A DNA stretch of 64,000 nt. Origin: Eledone cirrhosa (Eukaryota). The notes under the pieces were generated by a model. The model saw only the letters and a list, made by a program, of their open reading frames with translations. It searched no databases and was not told where the DNA came from. The position numbers and the translations under genes are program-made. Below are positions 17,848 to 35,074 of this stretch, piece by piece; position 1 is the stretch's first letter, and each line of letters starts with the position of its first letter. Location: contig OZ024743.1 in the NCBI GenBank assembly GCA_964016885.1, positions 178,684,001-178,748,000 on the forward strand. The letters are read 5' to 3'.

Positions 17848-19699
17848 TGCAGAAACAACATCTGAATATTTCTACAAAGAACATACCCGTACCAAGCAGG
17901 AAAACATACCCAAAACTCCTGATACAGTAAACAGACGCGTTCATTAAAAGGTTGCGTTGGCGTGCCTTTTATTTCGATAATCCGCGAAAAGCAGACAACA
18001 AACAGGACAAATTTGGATTTAAAACCTATAATAACCCTCCGTGGAACCCAGCATTGCTACCCTTCGAAAATGATGTCTTGGAACTTATCGGAGTATCAAA
18101 TTTCGGAATAGGAGCAATTCCTTCCAGCAAGACCTGAAGAATAGAATTCGTTCTATTAAGGATTCTAACGCCGTGCACGTCCATTCCGACAAAACAGGCA
18201 ACCTATATCAAGTGGAGCGCAGTACTTACCATCAACTACTACATAATGCTGTAACTAAGGATTACCGTAAAACTGATCGGTGTGTCATCAATGAAATCAA
18301 CGATGCTGGGTTTAATATCACATCTGATCTCAACATCCTGGACCGGACCGAACCTCTGGACCCTATCTCTCCCCACTTTACCCTGAAGGATCACAAATCC
18401 AATTTTCCGAACAACCCCTCTATTCCGCTTATTAACCCTACGAAGTCCGATTTAGGTAGACTTAGTAAAACGATTCTTGATAGAATTATACCTGAAATTA
18501 GAAGTTTGGCCCCTCTCGCACTGTGGAACAATTCTTTCGCGGTGATTGATTGGTTAAACGGCATATGTAACAAGGAACATTGCCGTTTTATCCAATTCGA
18601 CATCAACAATTACTACTCCTCCATCACTTTACCACTTCTCCTTAGAGCTATCAATTTCGCTAAAACACTCACAGTGGTTAAGGATTTCGAAGTTGATGTC
18701 ATCCTTAATGCCCGAAAGTCGGTGATTAATTTCGACGACTCTATTTGGATTAAAAAATCCAATAGTACCCCATTCGACGTGAGTATGGGCGCCAGTGACT
18801 CTGCGGAGGTTACTGATCTTATTGGCCTTTTCCTTCTTTTCTCTATCAAGGACGAATTCCCCAACGCGGGCGGTGGTTTGTACCGTGACGATGGTCTTTT
18901 GACCATGACTAAGTGCGGACCTCGTGCTTGCGACAGATTCAGAAAAGAACTCACAGCCTTCTTTAAATGCTTCAACCTCTCTATACAGGTTGAGGCCAAT
19001 CTCTTGGTCGTTAATTACCTCGACGTTACCCTCAATTTATTGAATGGGTTGTATTACTCGTATAGAAAGCCGAATGATACGCTTAATTACATAAGTAAGC
19101 ATTCCAACCATCCTGCCAGCATAACCAAGAACCTGGTAAAAAACGTTTCGTTGAGGCTTTCCCGTCTTTCCACCAACGAGCGCATTTTCAACGACCATTC
19201 CACTTATTACAATGAAGCTCTTGCTCGAAGTGGATTTGTCGATAGGGTAGCATATACAGAGTACGAGAATAGACCTAGAAGAAATAGATCCCGTCGCATT
19301 TGTTGGTTTAACCCACCATATAATATGGAGGTGGCCACACCATTAGCTAAGATCTTTCTTTCCCTTATTACGAAGCATTTTCCTCCTACACATAAATATA
19401 GTAAAATGTTTAATAGAAAAACTATTAAAATTTCTTACTCTACGACTCCTAACCTTGCACATAACATCACAGCTTCAAATTTAGCTAAACTACCTAGCCG
19501 TAGGAACACGTGCAACCCTGTAGTTAGTACTAACTGTAATTGTAGGAATCGGGCTGATTGTCCCCTATCCGGGAAATGCCTCTCTAGTAACATTGTCTAC
19601 AAATGTAAGGTTGTAACACCCACGTCCCGTAGGGCCTACATAGGGTTAACCGCCAATAGTTTCAAGCAGCGTCTTTACATGCATACCCATTCTTTTCGT
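17848..19699 (+). pseudogene. PLE reverse transcriptase + GIY-YIG endonuclease (disrupted; Naiad-like by motif)
   Basis: MQKQHLNISTKNIPVPS start, stop at ~17928 and frameshift at ~18095; FIQFDINNYYSSI, FDVSMGASDSAEV, GLYRDDGL, NYLDVTL, WFNPPY, CNCRNRADCPLSGKC, IVYKC..YIG; sequence switches to pLTR after HSFR. Confidence 0.9.
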
Positions 19700-19828
19700 T
19701 CTGTTATTTTAATAAATATTTGCTCTTCGGTTCTTATATATTTGATATATATTTTCCTAATCGAGCCCTCTTTGGATTTTAGTCTTCAATTTTATTATTA
19801 TTACTATTTATATACATATATATATATA

Positions 19829-20930
19829 TCAACTAGAAATAGATTGACATATATATACATAAAATAAACATATGAAACAACCACAGGGAATAATTTGTAA
19901 AGAATGTAAGCACACATAGCTAGGTAGGTAACTCATTAAAGTTTGACTAGAACTTCAAATATAGATACCTTTTTAAATGATTAATCTCCATTGTATATAT
20001 TTCTTTAAGTAAGAAATATATTTCACCTATTAATCTGTAAATCACAGCAGTTAAATTTCTTGGATGTTCACCAAAGGAGAAGAAAAATAACCATCTGTGT
20101 TTACAAAACAAATGCAAATCTGCGAATGATTCGAACCACGTGTTGCATTTTTTTAAAAATACACTCGTTAAACAACGTCACCCTAATGGCGTGAATAGGA
20201 CCATCGACAACCAGAAACAGAAGCCAAGCCTATTCAACTGAATTAGCTGAACAATCAATATATATATCCAACATTAAAATTAAGGGTTGTCATGTCTGAG
20301 AGATATGCGCCATATCCGCCGTAGAATAAGCTTAAAGATTAGATCCGAGCATTACATATCAACTAGAAATAGATTGACATATATATATATAAAATAAATA
20401 CATGAAACAATCACAGGGAATAATGTGTAAAGAATGTAGGCACACATAGCTAGGTAGGTAACTCCTTAAAGTTTGATTAGAACTTTGATGACGTTGTTCA
20501 ACAAGTGTATCTTTTTTTTAAATGCAACACGTGGTTCGAATCATTCGCAGATTTGCATTTGCTTTGTAAACGCAGATAGTTATCTTCTCCTCCTTTGGTG
20601 AACATCCCAAAATTTAACTGCTGTGATTTACGGATTAATAGGTGAAATATAATTCTTACTTAAAGAAATATATACAAAGGAGATTAATCATTTTAAAAGG
20701 TATCTATATTTGAAGTTCTAGTCAAACTTTAATGAGTTACCTACCTAGCTATGTGTGCCTACATTCTTTACAAAGTATTCCCTGTGATTGTTTCATGTAT
20801 TTATTTTATATATATATGTCAATCAACTTCTAGTTGATATGTAATGCTCGGATCTAATCTTTGAGCTTATTCTACGGTGGATATGGTGCATGTCTCTCAG
20901 ACATGACAACCCTTAATTTTAATTTTGGAT
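19829..20930. mobile_element. Non-coding pLTR-like element: 530-bp monomer, partial direct repeat and inverted copy
   Basis: 19829-19955 is repeated at 20359-20485; 20486-20930 is the reverse complement of the monomer; HHR-like catgt-CTGAGAGA...GAAA..acat (imperfect). Confidence 0.7.
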
Positions 20931-20947
20931 ATATATATATATATATA

Positions 20948-21290
20948 TTATCAAGAAAACGAAAAATCAGTGATGCATCTGGACTTAGTTTATTTCGTGT
21001 TACGAATGTTTCGCCGGCATGTAGCTCGAGTCATGGTCCTTGTATGGATCTGGCTGATTCTACTTCTGCGGGTTCTTTCAGACACGGGTGTTATGGATCT
21101 GGCTGATTCTACTTCTGCGGGTTCTTTCAGACACGGGTGTGATAACACCCGTGTCTGAAAGAACCCACAGAAGTAGAATCAACCAGATCCATACAAGGAC
21201 CATGACTCGAGCTACATGCCGGCGAAACATTTGTAACACGAAATAAACTAAGTCCAAATGCATCAATCATTTTTCGTTTTCTTGATAATA
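20948..21290. mobile_element. Fold-back insertion carrying two HHR copies
   Basis: 20948-21092 is inverted at 21144-21290; 49-bp tandem duplication at the turn. Confidence 0.8.
21150..21240 (+). ncRNA. Candidate HHR, core CTGAAAGA, ~61-nt domain II (minus copy 20996-21086)
   Basis: cgtgt-CTGAAAGA-...-GAAA-catttg-TA-acacg; perfect 5-bp stem I, GUA triplet. Confidence 0.6.
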
Positions 21291-21367
21291 TCTACACTCT
21301 ACTCTGATGAATATCGAGTGCTAATTTTGGCATAGCGCCTACGGAAGCACCATAGCTACCACTATAC

Positions 21368-21435
<68 letters not shown>

Positions 21436-21568
21436 CATTAAAAACCTTCTATATATTTGTTCCCCAGCAAATTGAATTGCCATCTGTCATATACTATCCC
21501 TTCTCTTCTTCCTTTCTTACAACTAATATAAATACTTTGATTTTTCTGATTTTTTCAAATTTATCCAA

Positions 21569-21687
21569 TATCTCTGAAGAAGTGACAACTGATTATACAT
21601 TTGCTATCGAATACTTGCTAACATTATATGATTACGCCAGCAGCGATACATAGGTATTCCGTCTGTTACAGAAACATATGTCAATAC
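21569..21687 (+). ncRNA. Candidate HHR with ~90-nt stem II and degraded stem I
   Basis: CTGAAGA-a-gtgaca...tgttac-a-GAAA-CATATG-TC; palindromic stem III, GUC triplet. Confidence 0.5.
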
Positions 21688-21869
21688 CTAATAAATTCCT
21701 TTATAAAAGCACTTTCATTTTATATTCATCTTTTTTACATTTTCTCCGGAATATAATTTATACTCGTTGAGCAAACCTACACATAAGCTGTTCATCTCTA
21801 ACGTGACGATATATTATCACTACATTATTGATAACTTGAAATGTTATATATATACATGTATATATATAT

Positions 21870-23250
<1,381 letters not shown>

Positions 23251-23375
23251 AGGTGTGTCAACATATAGGAATCAGGTTGTATACATAGCAGTCGTATTGA
23301 AATATACTGAGAGAAAATGTATATAGAGGGGAGTGGTAATACTGATAGCGTACTACTACCATTATATTTTTTCAT

Positions 23376-23775
23376 GGGCGGTGGATTGGCAGTATCGGTA
23401 GAGGTTCGGACGCCATGCTTTGACGCATAGAGTTACGGCCCTTGCCATTCTGAGTTCAAATCCCGCCGAGGTTAACTTTGCCTTTCATCCTTACGGGGTC
23501 GATAAAATAAAGTACCAGTAATGTACTGGGTTATTGCTGGCCTTGTGCCAATAGTAGAAACAATTATATTTTTTCATGGGCGGTGGATTGGCAGTATCGG
23601 TAGAGGGACGGACGCCATGCTTTGCAGCATAGAGTTACGGTCCTTTATGGTCTGAGTTCAAATCCTGCCGAGGTTAACTTTGCCTTTCATTCTTATGGGA
23701 TCGTTAAAATAAAGTACCAGTAATGCACTGGGATAATTGCTGGCCTTGTGCCAAAAGTAGAAACAATTCTATTTT
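23376..23775 (+). mobile_element. Tandem dimer of tRNA-derived SINE
   Basis: Two ~200-bp units starting gggcggtggattggcagtatcggtagag. Confidence 0.9.
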
Positions 23776-23952
23776 TTCAAGAGGTTTGGCTAGCATCGAT
23801 GTCGTATAAAGTCATTCGGGAAGTAGATTAAAGTTTTATGGCTATTCATTACTTCCAGGATATTTTAGGTAGATCAAAGAGATCCTTATTCTGCCGACAT
23901 AGTTAGTGGCTGTATATCGCTTTGACGTATTGCTATTATGTTAGTTATAGTT

Positions 23953-24148
23953 AGGGTCGGACGCCATTCTTTGCAGCATAGAGTTACGCCCCTTTATGAT
24001 CTGAGTTCAAATCCCGCCGAGGTTAACTTTTCCTTTCATCCTTACGGGGATCGATAACATAAAGTACCAGTAATGCACTGGGGTCAATTTAATCGACTTT
24101 CCCCTCCCCCAAAATTGCTGGCCTTCTGCCTATATAAGAAACCGTTAT
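23953..24148 (+). mobile_element. tRNA-derived SINE (5'-truncated)
   Basis: Same core, with ggggtcaatttaatcgact. Confidence 0.85.
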
Positions 24149-24418
24149 TTTAGTTAAAGTTGGACAGTGTTTTGTATGATGTTTGGCGTCATGGAGAGGA
24201 ACTTAGACAGTTAATGTTGAAGATAGTTTCTATGCCTATGCTCTAAGGGTGTGAAGCTCAGTCCTTTATGCTCTTACCTGTTTATGTAAGGATTTCATTC
24301 AATACCTATATTATATCCTTCGATAGCGGCTTCGTTTATTCTATGAATAATCGGAGACTACTTTGAATATTACTTATTTATTTTCATATTTTCCCCTGGA
24401 AATAACTAATTAAGTAAT

Positions 24419-24475
<57 letters not shown>

Positions 24476-24562
24476 CTGTGTGTGTATATATATAGATGTA
24501 TACACACACACATCACACATATATACATATGTAAATTCTCGAGTAATACTCGATCTCATGTA

Positions 24563-24750
24563 ATAATTGTTTCTACTTTTGGCACAAGGCCAGCAATAAC
24601 ACCAGTGCATTACTGGTACTTTATTTTATCGACCTCGTAAGGATGAAAGGCAAAGTTAACCTCGGCGGGATTTGAACTCAGAATGGCAAGGGCCGTAACT
24701 CTATGCGTCAAAGCATGGCGTCCGACCCTCTACCAATACTGCCAATCCCT
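24563..24750 (-). mobile_element. tRNA-derived SINE
   Basis: Reverse complement of the 23376 unit. Confidence 0.85.
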
Positions 24751-24756
24751 TGTATC

Positions 24757-25462
24757 GTTGAGTGTGTTGTATACTTGAGTGTGTTGTATACTTGAGTGTG
24801 TTGTATACTTGAATGTGTTGTATACTTGTGTGTGTTGTATACTTGAGTGTGTTGTATACTTGAGTGTGTTGTATACTTGAGTGTGTTGTATACTTGAGTG
24901 TGTTGTATACTTGTGTGTGTTGTATACTTGAATGTGTTGTATACTTGAATGTGTTGTATACTTGTGTGTGTTGTATACTTGAGTGTGTTGTATACTTGAG
25001 TGTGTTGTATACTTGAGTGTGTTGTATACTTGTGTGTGTTGTATACTTGAATGTGTTGTATACTTGTGTGTGTTGTATACTTGAGTGTGTTGTATACTTG
25101 AGTGTGTTGTATACTTGTGTGTGTTGTATACTTGAGTGTGTTGTATACTTGAGTGTGTTGTATACTTGAGTATGTTGTATACTTGAATGTGTTGTATACT
25201 TGTGTGTGTTGTATACTTGTGTGTGTTGTATACTTGTGTGTGTTGTATACTTGAGTGTGTTGTATACTTGAATGTGTTGTATACTTGTGTGTGTTGTATA
25301 CTTGAGTGTGTTGTATACTTGAGTGTGTTGTATACTTGTGTGTGTTGTATACTTGAATGTGTTGTATACTTGAATGTGTTGTATACTTGTGTGTGTTGTA
25401 TACTTGAGTGTGTTGTATACTTGAGTGTGTTGTATACTTGTGTGTGTTGTATACTTGAGTGT
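24757..25462. repeat. 17-bp minisatellite (gtgtgttgtatacttga), about 41 copies
   Basis: Direct tandem repeat with ga/gt/gaa variants; gives the 17-aa periodic ORFs. Confidence 0.97.
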
Positions 25463-25789
25463 AATAATGACCCCATATTTTTGCTCCAAAATCTGGAATT
25501 CTCTATAGATCTCGTATAAAAGTCGACTTAAGTATTTCGCGGTTAATATTAGTGGGTCTCCATATCATCCTGTACAGATGATATAATGTACATTTAAAGT
25601 CCCATGAATGACGACAGAAAATGGAAACCATTTTATATTCTTCCATAATCGGGCAGCTAGCAACCTAATCACCCACCAATCCCCATATACCAGATGTAAC
25701 GCTTGTGTTTGGCTCTAACCTCTTTCAATGGCAAAAAGTATCTTTTCAATGATCGGTAAAGAAAATCTCTACAATTACAATTACATATT

Positions 25790-26133
25790 TTTAATTATCA
25801 TTTGAATGTGGCAAAGCCGGCCGTTTATCGCTGGTATACAGGAAACTGACTCGCCCGTCTGCTGATATACAAATCTGGCTGATCAGTGGATCTGCTAATA
25901 TGCAGATCTGACTGATCAGCCAGTCTGTTCATATGCAAATCAGGCCGATCACTCACTCTGTATTTTAGAAAATAGCATATATTTTCACTAGCTCTGAGAG
26001 TTTGGCAGATGAACAGCGAGCTGTACTGATGAAGGGTGATAACCAGAAACATTAGTGTCTGCAGTTCTGTTTACATGCCAACACAAGAGCAAGAATGAAG
26101 GGTTCATTCTACTGACATGGCTATAAAAATGAG
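25790..26133 (+). mobile_element. Family E copy (reverse complement of ~8816-9145)
   Basis: Shared gatcagtggatctgctaatatgcagatctga...gatcagccagtctgtt block. Confidence 0.8.
26018..26067 (+). ncRNA. Family E hammerhead with intact core
   Basis: gagctgta-CTGATGA-a-gggtgataacc-a-GAAA-cattagtg-TC-tgcagttc; 8-bp stem I, GUC triplet. Confidence 0.75.
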
Positions 26134-26208
26134 ATCAATTTTTTATAGCGGCCGCTGTTGGCATTTTTTTTCCGTCTCAAAGGATCATTATCCGATTTTT
26201 ATAAGCTA

Positions 26209-26821
26209 CTAGCAGTGTACCCGGCGTTGCACGGGATAAGGTATTTTGGAACGTGGGCCGCCAACAGACCTAATCATGGAAAGACTCCATGCCTGGACAA
26301 TATGTAAATAAAATAAACCGAATAGTCTGATAGTTGGTTAATCTTTAAGATTTTCCTCGATGAAGCAGGAAAAATACAGGTTTTCACCTAGGGGATCAAA
26401 AAAATGAATTTTTTTTATGTGCATAATATGCCTTGACATTTCGGGAAAATCGGCTCGACGTAACGCCTCAAGAAATCCCTAAAAAGCTGGGAAAATGAAG
26501 TTTTCCACCTAATGCTTGCCCTAGGACATAAAAAAGTTGGATTTTCTTTGCTCACGGTATGAAGAAGAGACTGACTAATACATAGTTACAATTTTAAGGA
26601 AATCAGTCTGACGTAACGCCTCAAAAAAAACCTAAAAAGCTGAAAAACGCAATTTTTCACCTAATGCAGGCCCTAGGGGATCAAAAAGTTGAATTTTTCA
26701 TGTGCACAACACTCCCTGAAACATAAGTAATACACATGTAAAGTTTGAAAAACATCGGTTGGGTACTTCTCAAGTTTTAGGGATTCAAACTCACAGACAT
26801 CCTCAGTTTTATATATACAGA
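26209..26821 (-). mobile_element. Non-autonomous Helitron
   Basis: Minus strand starts TCtgtatatataaaactgaggatgtctg and ends with hairpin cccgtgcaacgccggg + CTAG; sits between A and T; termini shared with 45855-46640. Confidence 0.8.
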
Positions 26822-27118
26822 TTCTATAGCAACTAACTCTAATTTCAGTTATTTTATGCGCCTCGGATTCCTACATCTTATTAATATATATTTTAATATG
26901 TATGTATTGATTTATTTTTTCTGTGTCGTTTCGTCTATATTTTATTGTATTACAACATTCAGCTTAGTTCTTCTCTTCTGCTTCACAATCAACAAAGGCT
27001 TTCTACAGCCTCCTCTACTCTGTCAGCTGCTGTCGTTTCTTTAAACTGTAATAATTCCTTTTATTAAAATGTTATGAAGACACCACCATTATGTTCCAAT
27101 ATAGCGATACACACAAAC

Positions 27119-27233
<115 letters not shown>

Positions 27234-27551
27234 CCCTCCCTCTCGCTTTTTTTCATCACTCCTCCCCGAGTATTTACTGATTCAACCAAAACCCTTTATT
27301 TCCGCTCGCGCAGGCTTATATGAATTTTATTCAAGTTGGATAAGAATGGGTAGAGATTTCACTCGAATCTAGTCATCTGGCTGTGTATCTAGAAAATATG
27401 ATAAGGGCACAACTGCACTCATTAGGGGGTGAATCGAAGAAGATCATGATTGGACAGCCACAAAAGAAAAATATTGGCAGAAGCAGAAAAAGGAAATTCT
27501 ACGAAGACTTTAATTGTGAACGACATTGTTGACCGTTTACAAAGCGTTTGG

Positions 27552-27657
<106 letters not shown>

Positions 27658-27919
27658 GTATATATATTAATATATATTTGGGCTTGAATTTAATTTTTTT
27701 TAATTTTATATATATACACATATATATAAATATTCGGAGGCCATATTTAGTTGATCCAGGTTTATTTAAAACTCCGTTATACATATTTCACTGAGGACTA
27801 TCGGTTATGATAGCCTGACCTCTTCAGACGGCGAAACCTAAAATAAACATTGAAAGTTCCTAAGAAACCTTTCAATTTGGAAAATCTAATAATTTCCCCG
27901 AAAAAAAAATGTTCTTTTC

Positions 27920-28681
27920 AGGGATCTGGCCGAACGCATGGTGTTGTTTCTTCGACGGCCGGCCCCTGTATCATACATATTAGGAACCTCACAAATAAAA
28001 TGCCCAAAAATATATGATGGAAGCGAGAGACAGGATAAAGTGGGAAGCATTGAAGGATAAGGAAGTTAGGACCTGGTATGTAGATACTATTGCATCCAAA
28101 TTCAGAGAACTCCCTGAGCAAACTGAGCACGTTGCGAAAGAGCGGAGATTGTTCAGCTCAGCTATTTCTACTTCAGTTGTTAAATACTGCAGGCGAAAGA
28201 GGCTTGGTGTGGCACCGAATGGCAGAAGGACCCCTTGGTTTCAATCAAAGACGCCATCCGAGCAAAGAATGAGGCCTGCAATGCTTAACTTGGAAATAAG
28301 TCCTCCTTCTTGTACTTGCGGTACAAGCAGGCTCGAAGAATCGCAGCAGAGACAGTAAAGGCGTCCAAAGTTAAGAAATGGGAGGACTTTGGGGTTAAGC
28401 TGGAATCCGACTTCCGATCAGCAAATGTGTTCTGTCAGACTATCCGCCGACTTCGCAATAAGAATCCCTCTTCCACACCTGCTATCAGGAACGCGTCTGG
28501 GGTTCTCTTCTCTTCGGAGAGGTGCATCCTCGTGAGGTGGAGAGAATGCTTTGCTGATCTCCTAAACCCGATCACAACAGCATCTTCTGATGTAAACGAG
28601 GTTTATTTGGGAGGGATGACTAATCTCTCGGAGGATGGGGTCATAAGAGCAATTAAAGAGCTCAAATCTAGCAAGGCTGCA
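27920..28681 (+). mobile_element. Frameshifted RTE-clade LINE fragment (EN-RT linker)
   Basis: WEAL.., RTPW, YKQARR..VKASK..WEDFG.KLESDF..QTIRRLR, RWRECFADLLNP, LKSSKA. Confidence 0.75.
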
Positions 28682-28900
28682 CATAGCTGGATATACTTAA
28701 TTGACAGTAGCACTAAGATAGCGATAAGTATAATTGGAGTGTACATGAAAGCATATACTATATGCAAATGAACATTTCCAGCCGATGTTTTCTATTTACT
28801 ATATGCAAATGAGCATCACCAACAAATGTTCAATACTCAAAATTTATATATCTCTAGTCTATTTCCATCTCGGTACTGGTTGAGTGAATATCCCTGGTGA

Positions 28901-29174
28901 CAGGGCCGGATTTAATAGGGGCAAAGGGGGAAATACCCTGGGTCCCCTGCAATTTATTTACTCCCTCAGCTGGACATTTTACTTTTAGGATGGTTAGAAT
29001 TGTTTTAATTTAATACCTATATGTATAACTTTTCTAATTACTTGAGAGGAAGCTAACTTTGATATGTAAAATTGGCTGGAGGATTGCTGTGTATTCTATT
29101 TTTTTTCTTTTTGTGTATGAGGAGCCCCCCAAACCTGAAGTGCCCAGGGCCTCCCAGGTCTAAATCCAACCCTA
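28901..29174. mobile_element. hAT-type MITE
   Basis: TIR cagggccggattta / taaatccaacccta; 8-bp TSD cctggtga at 28893 and 29175. Confidence 0.8.
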
Positions 29175-29580
29175 CCTGGTGAGAAATTACCGAAAGTCGT
29201 AAAAACTGTCTGACATTCTCAATGGCTACTGAAATATTTGTGACATGTTCACTGAGCAAAACAGACAAAAATACATTTTTCATAACGACATTATACTCTT
29301 TGATAGCGAGGCTCTCACATATTTATTGTATTAATCATATAGTATGTTTCCATATACACCCCTATTCATATTATTATGTATATGTGGATCTAAAAAACAG
29401 AGAACAAATACTCGACACATTTAGAGATCTTTATTCAAAACTGATTATCCATTCCATCGCTTCGCAGAATTTCTCGGAATGTGCAATCCTTCAAGCTAAA
29501 CAAAGAAGATACCCTTATATATATATATAAGGGTATCATCTGCGAAGCGATGGAATGGATAATATATATATATATATATA

Positions 29581-29765
29581 TCGTAATAATAATAAATTTG
29601 AAGACTAAAATCCAAAGAGGGGTCGATAAGGATAAATATATATCGAATATATAAGAACCGTAGAACAAATATTTATTAAAATAACAGATTAAAGTTTAAG
29701 CAAAGATTCGCTGCTTTCACTCTTAACGGGATCTTCTGAAACTCTGAGTTTCAGAAGATCCCGTT

Positions 29766-29770
<5 letters not shown>
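29581..29770. mobile_element. Solo family A pLTR end folded back inside its HHR
   Basis: 29581-29743 is the reverse complement of the 17643-17803 region; agtttcagaagatcccgttaaggg is re-inverted at 29747-29770; (TA)n on both sides. Confidence 0.8.
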
Positions 29771-32798
<3,028 letters not shown>

Positions 32799-33105
32799 CA
32801 AGAGATAAGAGTAACATGGTTGTCTGTACAATAAGGGATTTATTACCAGTGCTGTTAATTGTTTCTTTGATCTGGAAGGTTTAGAGTTCGTTAATCGCTA
32901 GATGTTGTGTCAATCGAACTCCAATAGTTTTTTCTCTAAAAAAAAGTTTTCCTTTCCTTCCTCTATTCACTCTGTATTATTCTATTTCAACTTTTATTTG
33001 TCGGAAATGTTAAGACTTTTTTCCTACAATATCAAGCGTTGAACTAATATATTTCTTTATTGTACTGTGTCGTTTGCTTTGTTATTTCTGTTTACTTTTT
33101 GCATG

Positions 33106-33317
<212 letters not shown>

Positions 33318-33617
33318 GTGTTCGTGTTGTTTAGTAAGGTTCTATAAGGAACAATTATTTGAATATTTGTGTGCCTGTATCTGTGTGTCTGCATGCCTGT
33401 GCTTATGTATGTATGTGTGTGTGTGTGCTTGTTATGAACATATATAATATAATCATAACTTTGCTTTTTTGTAATTAATCATATTATTTGATAAATACGA
33501 AATATACAAATGATGATATCACAAATATTTCTTCTTTGGTGAGTCAATGGATTATATTCCTTCGATGTTCCAATCAACACATTCTGAAACAATTTAATTA
33601 TACTATAAATGAAATCT

Positions 33618-33767
33618 TTATAATTCTTCGTGTTTTGGTCCGTTAAATTCAGAGTGAGTTATAAAACCATCTTTATCCATGTCTTCATATTGGAACATCA
33701 TATTTGCTGATATGATATGATCGGTTGATCCATCCTTTCTGTCTTGTTGTAGGAAGTAGGTCCGGAC
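33618..33767 (-). CDS. FKBP14: ER FKBP-type PPIase (FKBP7/14 family), coding exon 4: EF-hand 2 and HEEL
   Basis: Acceptor ttccAG at 33768-69; VRTYF...MFQYEDMDKDGFITHSEFNGPKHEEL*; phase 0 matches exon 3. Confidence 0.9.
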   Translation of the reverse strand, partial: VRTYFLQQDRKDGSTDHIISANMMFQYEDMDKDGFITHSEFNGPKHEEL

Positions 33768-35074
33768 CTGGAAGACAAACATAATATACAATTTAAAACA
33801 ATCCCTTGCTGCTGTCTTGTTGTAGGAAGTAGATCCGGACCTGGGAGACAAACATAATACTCAAGTGTATGTATGTATGGTCCCGTAACACCTGATAGAC
33901 TCGTAGAGGTGCCGTATTGACATACGGCGTTTCTTGGGCAATTTAAGCCTGGCGGAGCCCAGCCTTCTCCAGGCCGAGTACAGCAGATTTCTTCCAGAGA
34001 AAGATAGAAAGTGAGAGAGAGGAAGTGAGAAAGAGATATAGAGGAAGAATTAACTCCTAGTACTAGACTGGTACTTTTTTATCGAACTCGGAAGGATGAA
34101 AGGCAAAATTAACCTTGGCGAGATTTGAAGTTAGAGAGCAGAGAGCAGAAAAGAATAACACAAAACATTCTATCCGACGTTCTAACGACTCTGCCAATTC
34201 GCCGCCTACACAAGTAAGTTAAAATAATCCCTCTCTTCTGTCTTGTTGTAGAAAGCATGTCTTGTCTTGTAAGACAAACATAATACACAAGTAAGTTGTA
34301 ATAGAATATACTATTCTGGGATTAGCAGTATCGGTAGAGAGTCGGACAGTATATAGTTGCATCTCTTAACGTTCTTGAATGTTCTTGTTAATGAATATCC
34401 ATCAGTCGAGATGATGGGTGTTCCAGTTGTTTCAGCAACAGAACAGCCAGCTCATAAAATTACTGCGTATGTAGTTGAGCATTCCATTCCACAGACACCT
34501 GTACCCTTAACGTTGTTGTCAATAAAATTCAGTGTGATGCAATGTGTGGCATGGTTGATCATTGGATTACATTGCAGACTATCTGACGGGCTTCCGAACA
34601 GCTTCCGGCGACCAAAATTCCCTCATAAAGCTAGGGTCAACCTGGGGCTTTGGTAAATGACACTTACCCAAGATGACATGCAGTGGAATTGAACCTGGGA
34701 CCTAATGATTGCGAAGCTAACTTTTTAACCTTTCGGTTATACTGCACCGCTTGAATCAAAATTTGAGTTTATTTTTGACCGGCTACCTTCCCGGTGGTAA
34801 AGTTGTAAAGAAAAAGAAGCCTCCATTGACCATTGTGCGATCGTTCGCTTTTGTATATATGTATGCTTTTATGTATATATGTAATTATGCTTTTGTATAT
34901 ATGTATGCTTTTATGTATATATTTAATTATGTTTTTATGTATATATGCATGTATGCATTTAGGCATGTATGTATGCTTGTATGTATATAAGCATGTACGC
35001 ATGGAGTATATATGTACATATATGTGTATATATGTTTGTATGTATGGATGGATGTGTAAAGCAATGAAATATAC

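Larger units (their letters stand above)
16101..19810 (+). mobile_element. Penelope-like element family A, copy 1: inverted 3' segment, pLTR, RT/GIY-YIG ORF, pLTR tail
   Basis: 16101-16460 is inverted at ~17358-17718; the ORF has PLE RT motifs; 19701-19806 repeats 17698-17803; flanked by (TA)n. Confidence 0.92.

Noticed and set aside
19550-19580. Selenocysteine recoding, as known for some Naiad-type PLEs
   Set aside because: The conserved Cys positions in families A, B and D translate as Cys, and the family A premature stops seen are TAA/TAG, not TGA
19700-19867. Hydrophobic C-terminal tail of the 564-aa ORF
   Set aside because: It is read-through into pLTR and neighbouring repeats after a deletion, not genuine protein
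23376-23470. tRNA gene
   Set aside because: The A/B boxes belong to a multi-copy SINE head followed by a conserved body; no clean cloverleaf
24701-25519. Long repetitive ORFs, or a CRISPR-like array
   Set aside because: Pure head-to-tail 17-bp repeat with no spacers, no cas genes and a eukaryotic context
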